Assembly (NCBI RefSeq): GCF_009914755.1
Contig: NC_060940.1
Length of the DNA stretch: 64,000 nt
DNA from: the human T2T-CHM13v2.0 reference genome, Homo sapiens
Strand: one strand, 5' to 3'
A program made the translations under genes and the position numbers. The notes under the pieces are model-generated. The model had not been told where the DNA came from, did not search any database, and worked only from the letters and a program-made list of their open reading frames with translations. Positions within the stretch are counted from its first letter, which is position 1. The number at the start of each line of letters is the position of its first letter. Below are positions 29,533-47,200 of this stretch, piece after piece.

Positions 29533-29779
29533 ATCTCCATGTAGCCTTGAATTAGTAACACATCTATCTTTTCTTTGATGTGGTGTTTACTTCTCTTCAC
29601 AGAAAGTTTGCATTCTTTTCTATTAGCAGTGAAAGAGATGCTGTACATGACAGTCTCATCTTTTATTCAAATGGAAAGATTATCAAACTATTTCTCAAGA
29701 CAATGCTTTTAAATATTATTTATATATTAATCTTTTAAGTAAACAATTTCTATCTTATTCCCTATATACTAGTTGTATT

Positions 29780-29968
29780 ATACTTTATTTTTTATTTTTA
29801 AATTATATTTTTATTTGGGTCACCAGGAGAAAGATTCACTTGTGGTTCAAATCAAGTGTTCAGAATCATAACAGGACAGAAAGGTTTGATCCCGAGCAAA
29901 GCCCTCAAGGGGGAAATCAAAACAGGCTGAAATAAGACAATACCCCATATAAAGAGATGAATGAGTGG

Positions 29969-30004
<36 letters not shown>

Positions 30005-33000
30005 CGATGATGTGCACAGAGGCACATTTCACATGGTCATTTCTGTTTCTTTTTAAATACTGGTTTGTGGGGTGGGATTTTGATTTTTCCAGCTACAAGA
30101 AAAGGCCCAAAAGTGCATATGTGAGGGGGGAAAGGCAGAAATTCAGCAATAAAGTAGATTTCCCTGGAGGAACATGAAGGGGAGGAAACAGGAAGCAGTG
30201 TTGGGACAGTTCACTCTTCTCACCCTTGGGCTCCCTGCGTTTTATTATTGGTCCACAAAAGTTATATTCACGTTGTAGCTTCCAGGCATCTTCCTTCCTG
30301 GGAGTAGACTGGCTGAAAGACCTCTGGGAACTGTAGAGAAGACCAGAGGCCCAGGCCAGCCTTCAGGGCTCTGTGCTTTTCTAGGGATGGATGGCTCTGG
30401 TAAGGAACAAAGATGCCCAGCAGCCCTGGGCCCCTCAGCACCAGTGTGAAGGTCCCTCCTCTCTCTGGGGATGTGTAAGAAAATGGCCCCTACTTTGAGG
30501 ACAGAAAGAGTAGGAGGAGGAGGCCCTGCAGCAAGATTCCATGGCTGGCTCCCCTTGTCTGGGAAGGGAAACTAAGCTGAGCTATGACAGGCTGCTTCCT
30601 GCTGCTCTGGGCCCTCCTCCCACCACTCACCATTCTCCCAAATGCAGGTCTTCTAATGGGATGTGTCCCTGACCTTTGGTCCCCAAATCCACATTGTACT
30701 TTGAGAGCAAGAGGAAACAGAATGCACCAGCACCACCCCCAAGACTCCCAAGATCACTTCCCCAAGAGATTCTCTGCCTCCCCAGCCCCCAAACTGCCCA
30801 ATATAAGATACTCTACCCACTTCCACCTAAGCTGGGGCCAAAAGGAAAAGGATTGGTCAGGCAGGGGCTCCTTGCCGTTATTTAGTCATTTCCTCAACCT
30901 CTGATTTGGAGCAAATATCCCCAAATACATTAATAAACAGTTGACAAAACACTCATGATGACTAATGACTGAACAGGCCCTGTCCCTCGCCTGCGGGTTA
31001 CAATTGTGCAAAGGGACAGGAGGTCAACAGGAGAGCCCGTTTGGACTCAGGGTGAAGATGGGAGGGAGACAGAAGGGTGGCAAGAAAAACCAGAGATGAA
31101 TAAAGTCAGGCCAGAGTTGTCACAGCCACCAACCAGCAGAGAGAAGGAACTTGAACACAGCACCATCATTCCCCTTCACATCCTGGAGGCTGTGCTTTCA
31201 GTTTTGTAGCCCGGGGACCCTCTTTCTTGTTTCAAAGGGGCTTTATGTGAGGGGGAGACCTGCAGGGAGAGCCCCCATGGTGAGATACACACAACGTGGG
31301 TGAAACGGGGTCCTTCTGGTACCCTATTCTGCAGCCCCAGACACAGATGGGAGAAGAAAATAAGCCTGGAGTGACAGAGCCTTCCCCCAGCCCTTACCCA
31401 CAGTGAGCTGCAGACTCAAGGGCGGCCCCCACCTAGGCTACACCAGCCCCTTACCTTCTGCTCTGCACACTGCAAAGGCAGATGGCTGGGCTTTCTCCAC
31501 TCAGAGATTCGGGAAGGAGGAATTCATTTCAAAGACAAGGGAAGGAACTTCTCTTCCCCCAGGGCCCTCTCCTCTCACTGTGGGTTTTGAGGAAATTATC
31601 AGGGGAAGAGGGCTCTGCACAGGCCCACAAACCCCCAACTGCACACAGGCCCAGAGACACCTGCGGACATGCCGCCTGCCCCATCTCTCACACTCGCGTG
31701 TCAGACACCCGCAGACGCTCATGCTCCTGCCTCTGCACGCCAGGTCTTGGAGACATAGTGGTCCCTGCCGGCTTTGTGCATTTGCAAGTCCACTTGGCAT
31801 TGAGCTGGGGAGAGGAGGCCATGGAAGGCCCATGGCATCTTCCCAGCAGGAGCAGGGAGGGGCGGCCCACCTAACGCAGATCCCTGGAGTTGGGGGAGCT
31901 GCAGGGGAGAACTCCCCGTTCTCCTCCTTCCTGCGGCTGTCCTACAATTAAGAAAGGCGAATTTGACCCAAATCGTGCTTCCTGGGGCGCCCTTTGTTCA
32001 CTGCAGGCCTGCGTGGGCAAGAGGCAGAATCACTGGATGCTAGGAACGCACGGGGAGGGGAGGGAGCGTTCGCCCCGCTCCTATCGTCGCCCTGGAGGAG
32101 GGAGAAGGTGGAGAGGGAGACCCCGGTGGAACAGCAGCCCCCTCTTTGAGAAAGAGAGGCAGGGCCCCTCGCACCGGTTCCTACACAAGGCGGAGCCCCG
32201 CCCTCATCCCAGGGACAAGGAGTGGCTCCCACTGTGGGGACTGCGTGAAGCCCCTGCCTGGGGGTCCTGGAGTCTCCGCCTCCCCCAACCACGGGAGGTG
32301 CGGGTGTGTGAGAAGCTGGGCGGGAGGATGTGAGGGGAGAAGGGAGGCGTCGAGGCCGGGGCGTGTCTCCCGTTCCAGCCCCCGAGAGGCCCAGGCCCCT
32401 CCATCAGGAGAGACACCCAAGCTGTCGGCCAAGGCCAAGGAGAAGCCTCCCGGGAAGGAGCTCGGAGGCGGCAGGAGACGGCTTCCGTCGGCAAAAGCAG
32501 CCGGAGCAGGGACAGGGTCTCAGGATGTGGCAGGGTTTAAAGAACAGAGGCGCTGAGGGCCGATGGGGCGCCCGGGCTTCGAGGCCTCCACGCTCTCGGC
32601 CGCCGTCCCTGGGTCTCCCGTGCGCCCCCGGCCTGCACTTCCCGCCACGCGGATCCGCTGCTGGTCAGCCCGGTCCTGAGGGAGCGCGGTCCTGCCGGCG
32701 GCGCTGCAGTCGCGAGGGGCCGCGCTGCCTGGGGAGCGGGGCTGCGGCTCCCGGCGGCCACCCAGGCCTAGGCCCCCGGCTGCTGCGGGCTGTGGCAAGG
32801 CTGCCGCCGTCCTGGGAACCTCGGCGCTCCGGATCAGGCCCTGACCCGCCAGACCACGCGCTCTTACCCTGCTCCTCCCGGCGTCCTGGCTCCGGGCCCC
32901 TTCTTGGTTCTTCACTCTCGGGACTCCAGGCGTGTCCCCGCCGCGCCGGAGCCTCTGCCGGGTTCTCAGACGCCCGGCGCCGCTGACTGCGGAGCGCGCT

Positions 33001-33097
33001 GGGCTGCTGGAGGCTCCGCCAGGCCCGTTCACAGCCCCGAGGACGCCGGCTCGAGTTCCCTTCCAGTCCGCCGGCGCCTGTCCGCGCTTGCCCGACT
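29780..33097 (-). pseudogene. GC-rich gene-like segment (non-coding or pseudogene; tentative TP53TG3-family resemblance)
   Basis: CpG-island 5' end, donor CAGG|GTAAGAG ~32868, acceptor TTCTCTACAG ~30330, AATAAA ~29811-29816 plus A-rich tail; family name rests on short recalled matches only. Confidence 0.4.
32040..33097. promoter_or_regulatory. CpG island
   Basis: ~1 kb of very high GC with dense undepleted CpG (GCGCGC, CGCGG, GGCGCC), not repeat-derived. Confidence 0.85.
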
Positions 33098-33179
33098 TTG
33101 TTTATTCCACACTTAGAGTTTTAAACTTAACGAGCTTTTCAAAAAATATTCTCTCCAATTCTGTGGATTGTCTTGTAAG

Positions 33180-35117
<1,938 letters not shown>

Positions 35118-35589
35118 GAGGCCCTTTCAACTCACTGTGCTGCTGAAGGGTATGCCTGAGGCTACCCAGGAGAAAAGTCATTAATAAAGGCATGGAAAGC
35201 ACTACTCTGTTTTTTCAGTCTCCTGTTTATGCCACAGTGGAGAAATAACCTGAGCTGAGCCCTGCTGACTTCTTCCCCAGCAGTGAGCCTGGACCTTAAA
35301 GCAGCATTGTTCCCTCCTCTCCACCAATGACTCCCAATCTGCCAGGCTGTGTTCACTGACATCAGCTGCATCTGAGGGTCACTAAGGCCAGTGGATCTAG
35401 GGGAGCTTTCTGCTGGGCCGGAATTCCTCCACTGTCGCATGCTGGACACAGCAGTGGACACAGCAGTCAGCTCCTTCATAGTTGATTCTTATACATTAAA
35501 ATAATATTGGAGATTCTGAAACACACCAAGAAATATGGGACTTAATGTAACAGTGAAACAGCAAAATAATTCACATAACTAACTTCATT

Positions 35590-36047
35590 TCCATTTAAGG
35601 CACCTTCTTCTTTTCCTGCACATAGGTGAGGATAATTTTACAGCACTGAGATAAAATGAAAAGCAGCAATCATATAGTTTTTGAAACTAACTCTGAGGTT
35701 AAAGGGGAAGTATATAAACAACTATGTTTTGGTGGAGATTTACAGGAACATTGTGACCTGGCCAAGGACAAGGAAGTTCCCAACCTCCTCAGACCCTCGC
35801 TGGCTCCCAGGTGTCTGTGGTCCTTAGCCCCCTCTGGATCTCAACCCCCTCCCCTTTGCCAGCCCTTTACATAAAAAGACCCTGACATTTGTACTAACTT
35901 AACCTGCTTCTTTAGAACATTAGTCCACCATCTTCTTCATTTTCTGGATCTTCAAACTAAAGTCACCTTCCTTGCCCCAACTCCTTGTCTCCTGACATAT
36001 TGGCTGGTGGGCAGGAGCAGAATGAGGTCGTGTTGGACTTGGTTACA
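35590..36047 (+). mobile_element. ERV1 solo LTR (MER31/MER67-like)
   Basis: TAAAGTCACCTTCCTTGCCCCAAC...TTGGACTTGGTTACA terminus. Confidence 0.6.
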
Positions 36048-36375
36048 TTACTTTCTCTTCACAAAAAGTTCAGATTTCCTTGTGCAGTGGAAGAACGACT
36101 GTACTTGAGCGCTTCATCTTTTCTTCTAATTGAAACACTATCAAACTACATTTCTCAAAACAATTCACTGTATCATTCATATGTTATTGTAAGTGAATAA
36201 CTGATATTTTATTCTCTACATACTAATTATACTTTGAAAATATATGCACTTTATCAGTAAAGATTTTCAGTACTCTCTAGCAATATTTTTTTCTAGAGTT
36301 ATATTCCCAATAGTTATGTCATAAATTAAAGCCACATTTTTTGCTTAAGTATGTATACATTAAAAAACAAAAGAA

Positions 36376-36737
<362 letters not shown>

Positions 36738-37319
36738 TCATATATTCATATTTTTATATAATCATGGATATTTTCTAAAAAAATTGACAAGTTCCACAGA
36801 AATTGTTTTCTTTTACTACATGAGTAATGTAGGGAGAGATTTTTGATGAGTAATAGATCCCCTGGGACAACACTGGAGAACTCCACGTTGCTACTCCTCA
36901 ACCCGTCTCAAATTCATCAAAAACACTTTTTAGTGGAAAGCTAAAAAAAGCTACAGGGGGCTTCTCTCCCCCAAAATTAAGCCAGGGTTCCTATCATTCA
37001 TACATTTAGTCACCAGTTATGTCTCCCCGTTAGGCAATGAGCACAAACTTGTCAGTGTCACAGTGGAAGGGAAGCAGCAAATGACACTGCAAATAACTGG
37101 AAGGGGTGGGGGAGTCACATGAGATCAACGACAGAGACAGCATCACCAGAAATGCCTTTGCATCACAGACAGAGTAATGAAGACAAAGGAAGTCCCTGTC
37201 TTCATGTGGCTGACATTTTAGGGAGAAAAGGATGAAACTCCACAGTACAATTAAATATAGAATGGAGCATATCAGGAGGTAATAAGTTTTATGGAGAAAA
37301 ATAAGGGTAGATTAGCACA

Positions 37320-37960
37320 TGTTCCCAACAAAAATGACTGAGGCGAGGGACTCCTCAGCAGAGGTTTATTGAGCCAAGGTTTGAGGCTGCACCCAGAAAC
37401 TTACACAAGTCATAGGAGCATCTGTACTTTTTCAGCTGGGGATGAAATCATGGAGGTGTCTAAAACTGTCTCCGCAAAGTCAGTTCCTGGGAGGGGGTCT
37501 TAGGACCAGGTGGCATCTCTTGGTCTGCTGAAACCCTAAATCAGAAAAGTATCTCAAAGACCAGTCCTTTAGGTCTCACAACTGTGATGTTATCTATAGG
37601 CGTGGTTGGGGAAATCACAAATCTGGTGACCCCCAGTTACATGACCCTGGGGCAGGAAATAACTTATAGAAAACAAGCTAAGCAATGGCAGGCACGGTTT
37701 AACCATCCCTGTTCTTTACAAACTTCACACCCTACCATAATTCTCATCTTGTCTTGTAAATGCATCTTCGATCTCTGAATGAGGAGGAGGTCAGCTTTCT
37801 TTGCTTCAAAGTTTAACTATACAGTAAATTCTTCTCATGGTTATCTTGGCCTCCATGATAGAATAAGCAAAAAAAGATTTAACCTGTGAGGTTAGAAGCA
37901 AGATGGAGTCAGTTATGTTAGATTGATCTCATGACTTATAATTCTACAAAGATGGTTTCA
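37320..37960 (-). mobile_element. MER4-group ERV1 solo LTR (LTR8/LTR26-like)
   Basis: minus start TGAAACCATCTTTGTAGAATTATAA, GACTCCATCTTGCTTCTAACCTC, AATAAA near the 3' end, ends ..AACA. Confidence 0.7.
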
Positions 37961-38069
37961 ACTTCCAACAGGCCTTGGCCACGGATATGTGGAATTAGAC
38001 TGAAGATTTCTCCTGGGAAACGGGCAGCAGAATGGACCTTAAAGATGAATGATAAAAACTTGCACAATG

Positions 38070-38420
<351 letters not shown>

Positions 38421-39174
38421 TTACAGCCACCCATTGCTAGGCCTTGATCCTCATTACTCCTTCTTTTGAAATATGAGCTCAAAGACACCAACATAATCTG
38501 TGTAGCAACCCCCTTCACTCAGCTATGCCCAAGGATGACATAAAGTGAGACATCAGCCTCCAAGCCAATAACTGACAAATGGTTTAGTGGGGTTTCCTTG
38601 GTTAAAAAAATAGAGACTTATGTTTGCCTCAGATGGACCAGTGTCTCAGACATGCTCCTTCAGTTTGGAAGTCACAATGTAACAGTGGATGTGTTGAAGA
38701 AGCCCTTTAATGAAAAGAAGCTCAAGGCCATGTCAAAAGCTCCAACTTCTGAAAAGCTTTCTGCATTGGAATAAACAGTTGAATCAAGTGTATTTGAATG
38801 CATCGACCTGGCCAGTGGATCCGGGGAGAAAGGCAAGGGGTTTCATTTTAAGGACCGAACTAGGCCCCTTGTCCTCAGGAAATCATACAGGCATAGCATT
38901 GAATTGATGTCTTGGGCAAAGTGGACACAGTGGCAAGATATTTGAGGCTGAGATGAGACTCATTCTGGGACTGCACTCCTATATACCCGTCTTCATGGGC
39001 CTTTCCACTGTGACTCTGCCTGAGGGCAGAAGAGATGTGGGTGTGGACATGGGGCTGGGGTGGGGCAGGGACCATGCCAGAACAATAGCTGACTGGGCTA
39101 AAGGCAGAGGAGTCCCTATTCTGGGACAATTCTGTTACCACTAAGCTACCAGTTGCTATGAGGACTTCCTTTTT

Positions 39175-41068
<1,894 letters not shown>

Positions 41069-41647
41069 CTACATATTTAATTATGTAATTACTGCCATCA
41101 TATCTCTCTCAGAACACTGATCCAAGAACAACAAAAATAATAAAGATGATACACTCTGCTAATTAAGCAAATTTCCTTTTTTTCTTTGTGAAACCAATTG
41201 ACAAAATTCTTCAGTTTTTGGTTTTTAGGAATAATTTCCACTAATTTATTTTCAGTGGAGTTTTGCAGGTGCCCCAAACAAAAACACCAACAATGACCAA
41301 TTTCATTGGGAAAGTACTAAATTTAACAAACTTTATTTTTTGATCAATGAAGACTTATTTTTAATTTTACTTAAACATTTTAGATTTAGCCTTGGATAAT
41401 AAAATTAATTAATATAGGGAATGTTTACTAACATATATAAATTCACTGACACATATAAAGACTTGTTAGTTAGAATGTCAATTTAATATTGATCAAGGTT
41501 GCCTGACAAAAATAAACTTTAGGTAAACTTAAGTTTGATGCATTCTGTTTATAATCTTGTACCTCTGTTTTCATTCTGATTTGGCATGCTGCATAGCTGG
41601 GGTCTTTTTTTTAATTTCAGGTGGATTATGGCCACTCTTTTCTTCTC

Positions 41648-44262
41648 TTAAGTCTTAGTTGATTTTTCTTCCAGAAACAATTTTAAGATCTGCAGAGCTG
41701 CATCTGGATCAAGCAGTTGGGTTGGAGGAATATGAACCGTTAAATCACAGAAGAGCTTATTTTCAATTGTCATAGCTAACATTGAGTCTATGCCTAATTA
41801 TGTAAGCAATGTGGATACTGGAATGTCTTGAGTTTTGTATTCATGAATTCTGTAGCTCATCTGTTGATACTTAAGATGAATAATGAGTAAAAACCAAGTC
41901 AAACTCTACCAGAAAATTGAATTTATCTTAGAATTCTTTGCAGAAATAAATTCTGTTAGATGGAACTTAGGAAAGTTTTCCTGTAATTTCTTGAAATAAA
42001 ATTTGACAGTATATTGTAGTCTGATCATTCTGCATTCTTCATTCTGATTTTCCAGCAACTTGCTTTTAGTAAACTGCTTAGATGTTTGATTTCTCAATAA
42101 AATAATCACAACAAAATAATCTCCTTTCTTTATAATAAACATCACCATTTCAAATCCAAAGCCAGACAGCCCCCTTGACATGGCTTGTTGAGAATTATTC
42201 AGAATCAAGCATGATTCAAGATACTGATGGATGTGCGGTATTTGAAAAGTTAGTATTCCTTTGGTGGCTAAAATGCTTTGAAGATAATGTTTTTTCAGCA
42301 GTCATTCAAGACTCAAGGCTCTCCAGTTAATTGATTGTCCAGTGAGACCACAGTTCCTGTGATAGTAGCAGAACATGTCCAGCAAGGAGTTAGCAGCAGC
42401 ATAGTTGGCTTGTATTGCATTTTCAATTAAAGCAGAGACTATTAAATAGCACTCAGAATTATCAAGTTTCTGCCCTCTTGTCAAAAGGTGAAAATGTACT
42501 ACTCCATTTACTTTGGGGATTAACACTTTCTCCACTCAAGAAGAGATGTCGAGAGCTTCCAGGGGCCCATCGTTCAAGACTGTGGCACTAAAACAATACA
42601 CCTAAGATTTTACTCTGGAAAGGTATTTACTATTAAATGCTCTGCCTTTTTCACCTCAGAATGAAAAATGATATGACACTGTAGCCTGATCACTTTGCAT
42701 TCTTCACTCTGATTTTCCAGCAATTTGCATTCTTTTCAAATGCTCATAAGTTGGATATCTCAATGAAATAATCACAACAGGCCCATCTCCTTGAACAGTT
42801 TGAAGGTTGCTCAAAAAACTAAACATTGATCTGCCATATCAACCATATCATTGAACAATCTCATTTTTGGTGTATACCCAAAAGAAAGGAAATCACTTTA
42901 TCAAAGAGATATCTGCACGTTTATGTTTGCTGCAGCACTGTTTATGATAACTAAGATTTGGAAGCAACCTAAGTGTCCATCAGCAGATGAATGGATAAAG
43001 AAAATGTGGTACAGATACACAATGGAGTACTATTTAGCCATAAAAAATGAAAGCCAGTCATTTGCAACAACATGAATGGAACTGAACATCATTATGTTAA
43101 GTGAAATAAACCAGGCACAGAAAAGACCAACATCACACATTCTCACTTATTTCTGGAATCTAAAAATCAAAATAATTGAACTCATGGACATAGAGAGTAG
43201 AAGAGTGTTTACCAGAGTTGGGAAGGGTAGTGAGAGGGTGGGGGGAGGTAGGAATGGTTCATGGCTACCAAAAAATAGAATGAATAAAACTTACTATTTG
43301 ATAGCACAAGTGGGTGAGTAGTGTCAATAATAACTTAATCATATATTTGAAAATAACATAAAGAGTGTAAGTGGATTGTTTGTAACTCAAAGAATAAATG
43401 ATTGGGGGTATGGATATCCCATTCTCCATTATGTGCTTATTTCACATTGCATGCCTGTATCAAAACCTGTCATGTACCCCACCAATACTATGTATCACAA
43501 AAATTAAAAATAAAATAGAGAAAAGAACCATCTCCTTTCTGCACAATAAACATCACAGTTTGAAATCCAAGACTAGAGAGCCCCCGCTGATACAACATAC
43601 ACTCCATTTGCCTTGAAGAGTTTCCCCTTTGCTCTATACAAGGGTATTTGTAGAAGTCGACATTCTGGAACATTGACTTCTAACACAGCAAGTCGGATAG
43701 CCACACATGTGAGATACAATGACAGAGCAAGATTCACCAGTGCATTCTGTTGAAACAGTGAGCAAGCCAAATTCAAGTTATTTTCCAAATTCATTGATTG
43801 TATCCACTTAAAGGTCTGTGGGACACCATCAGAGTTTCTGCAAAACCTGGCTAAGACTTAGAATGTGGACTTGAAGGTGATTGTGATCATAATGTAATAC
43901 TTGCTATAAAAACTCAGGTTGGTGTTGGCCACATATGACTATAACAGTCCGGTGGGGAAAGTCAAAGAGTGTTTCTTTGACAAGTTCCTCTAAAGGTGGC
44001 AGTAAACTTAATGCCTTTCAGTGTCTCCTTTTTGCCATAGACCCAGAGAGAGCGAGAAACACTTGACAACCCCAGATTACTTCCTTAGCAGCCAAGGCCA
44101 GCATTTTACCTAGAATGGATTTTGGCTGTGGGGAGAACATGGCAAGCATGCAGAGATGTTTGGCATTTGGTAATACCTGGGTGAGAGTTTTCCAAGCTCT
44201 TATGAAGTATATAATGCACAAGGCCCATTTCTAAATATTGGAAACATCTTGCTGTGAAAGCT
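41648..44262 (-). pseudogene. Fossil 3' end of a vertebrate-type iterative type I polyketide synthase (ER-like region, KR, ACP)
   Basis: minus translation with stops and frameshifts: LFKANGVYVVS/GLSSLGFQTVMFIVQKGDG (Rossmann), FSATVLNDG, VLIPKVNG, QANYAAANSLLD, GQSINW (KR), LGIDSMLAMTIEN..LLDPD (ACP, Ser at 41783-41785), stop at 41648-41650. Confidence 0.9.
42793..43527 (+). mobile_element. 5'-truncated old L1 (L1MA/PB-type 3' end) inserted in the PKS KR coding sequence
   Basis: ORF2 C-term ICTFMFAAALF..WKQPKCPS..WIKKMW; TSD CCATCTCCTT at 42783-42792 and 43528-43537. Confidence 0.92.
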
Positions 44263-44264
44263 GT

Positions 44265-47200
44265 GAAAGGAATCCAATGGAATCATCATCAAATGGAATC
44301 GAATGGAATCATCATAGAATGGAATCAAAAGGAATCATAGTGGAATAGAATCGAATGGAATCATTGAATGCAATGGAATGGAATCATCAACGAAAGCAAT
44401 CGAAGGGAATCATCGAATGGAATCAAGTGGAATCATCAAATGGAATCCAATGAAATCATCATCGAATGGACTCAAATTGAACTATCATTGAATGTAATCG
44501 AATGGAATCATCGAATGGACTCGAATGGAATAATTGAATGGATTCCAGTGGAATCATCAAATGGAATCGAATGGAATCAACGAATCTACTCGAATGGAAT
44601 CATCATCAAATGTAATTGGATGGAATCAATGAAGGGACTTGAATGGAATCTTCAAATGGACTCTAGTAGAATCATCATCGAATGGAATCGAATGTAATCG
44701 TAGAATGGACTCGAATGGAATCATCATCAAATGGAATCAAATGGAATCACTGAATGGAGTCGAATGGAATCATCATCAAATGAAATTAAGTGGAATCACC
44801 GAATGGACACGAATGGAATCATCATCAAATGGAATCAAATGGAATCATCGAATTCACTCAAATGGAATCATCGTGGAATGGAATTGAAAGCAATAATCGA
44901 ATGGATTCTAATGGAATTATCGAACGGACTCAAATGGAATGATCGAATGGACTCGAATGGAATCATCGTCAAACAGACTCTAACGGAATGATTGAATGGA
45001 CTCTAAAGGAATCATTTAATGGAAACGAATGGAATCTTCAATTGGACTCAAGTGGAATTATTGAATGGGCTCGAATGGAAACATCGAATGGACTCGAAAG
45101 GAATCATTATAGAATGGAATCGAATGGAATCATCAAACGGAATTGATCGCAATCATCATCGCATGGAATCAAATTGAATCATTGAATGGAATCGAATGCA
45201 GTCATCTTCGAATGGAATTGAATGGAATCATCATTGAATACAATCGAATGGAATCATTGAATGGATTCAAATGGAATCATCGAATGAAATCCAATGGAAT
45301 CATCATCAAATGGAATCGAATGGAATCATTATCGAATAGAATCGAATGGAAACATTGAATGGAATCATCATCAAATGGAGGCCAGTGGAATCATCGAATT
45401 GACTCGAATGAAATCATCATTGAGTGGAATCAAATGGAATCACTGAATGGAATCGAATGGAATCATCATCGAATGGAATCTAATGGTATCATTGAATGCA
45501 CTCTAATGGAATCATCAACGAATGGAATCGAATGGTATCATCAAATGGAATCGAATGGAGTCATCTTTGTGTGGAATCCACAGGAATCACCAAATGGACT
45601 CTAATGGAATAATCATCAAAGGGAATCGAGTGGAATCATTGAATGTACTCGAATGGAATCATCGAATGCAATCCAATGGAATCATATAATGGAATCGAAT
45701 GGAATCGTCAATGAATGGGATCAAATGGAATCATCGAATGGACTCGAATGGAATCATCATTGAGTGGATTCGAATGGAATCATCGAATATACTCGAATAG
45801 AATCATCATTGAATGGAAAAGAATGGAATCATCAAATGGACACGAATGGAAACATCGTCGAATTGAATCATACAGAATCATCAAAAGAAATCGAATGGAA
45901 TCATCATCAAATGGAATGGAATGGAATCATCAAATGGAATCAAAAGGAATCACCAACGAATTGAATCAAATGGTATCATGGAATGGAATTGAAAGGAATC
46001 ATCTGCAAGTTAAATCTAAAGGAATCACCGAATGGACTCCAAAGGAATAATCATCGAATGGAATCCAGTGGAATCATCAAATGTACTTGAATGGAATCAT
46101 CGAATGGACACGAATGGAATCATCATCGAATGGAATCGAATGGAATCACCATCGAATGGAATCAAAAGGAATCATTGAATGGACACGAATGGAATCTTCA
46201 TTGAAAGGAATAGAATGGAATCATCATCGAATTGAATCTAATGGAATCACCATGGAATGGAATCGAATGGAATCATCGAATGGACTCGAATGGAATCACC
46301 CTCGAATGGAATCGAATGGAATCATCAAATGGACTCGAATGGAATCATCATCGAATGAAACCAAATGGAATCATCGAATGCAACACAATGGACTCATTGA
46401 GTGGATTCGAATGGAATCGTCATCGAATGGAATTGAATGGAATCATTGAAGGCACTCGAAAGGAATCATCGAATGGACTCGAAAGGAATCATCTTCAAGT
46501 GGAATTGAATGGAATCATCGAACGGACTCGAAAGGAATCTTTGAATGGACTCGAATGGAATCATTATCAAATGGAACCTAATGGAATCATCGAATGGACT
46601 CGAATGGAGCCCTCATCGATTGTAATCACAGGGAATCACTGAATGGACTCGAATGGAAACGTCAAATGGCCTCAAATTGAATCACCATTAAATGGAATCA
46701 AATGGAATTATTGAATGGACTTGAATAGAATCATCGAATGGACTCGAAAGCAATCATCATCAAGTGGAATCGAATGAAAACATCGAATGGACTTGAATGC
46801 AATCATCGAATGGCCTCGAATGAAATCATCATCGAACAGAATCGAATGGAATCATCACATGAACTCGAATGGAATCATCATCGAATGGAATGGAATGGAA
46901 TCATTGAATAGAATCGAATGGAATCATCATCAAATGGAATTGAAAGGAATAATTGAATGGACTCGAATGGAATCATCGAATGGACTCAAATAGAATCATC
47001 ATAGAGTGGAATCGAATAGAATCATCAAATGGACTCGAATGGAATCATCATCAAATGGAATCAAATGAAATCATCATCAGATGGAATAGAATGGAATCAT
47101 CACTGAATGGAGTCAAATGGAATCACTGAAGGGAATGCGATGGAATCATCATTGAATGCAATCAAATAGAAGCATCGAATGAAATCGAATGGAATCATCA

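Noticed and set aside
41648-44262. FASN processed pseudogene
   Set aside because: It ends right after the ACP with no TE, is AT-rich, and the motifs (QANYAAAN, LGIDSMLAM) match my recollection of animal PKS rather than FASN (QSNYGFAN, LGLDSLMS); needs BLAST confirmation.
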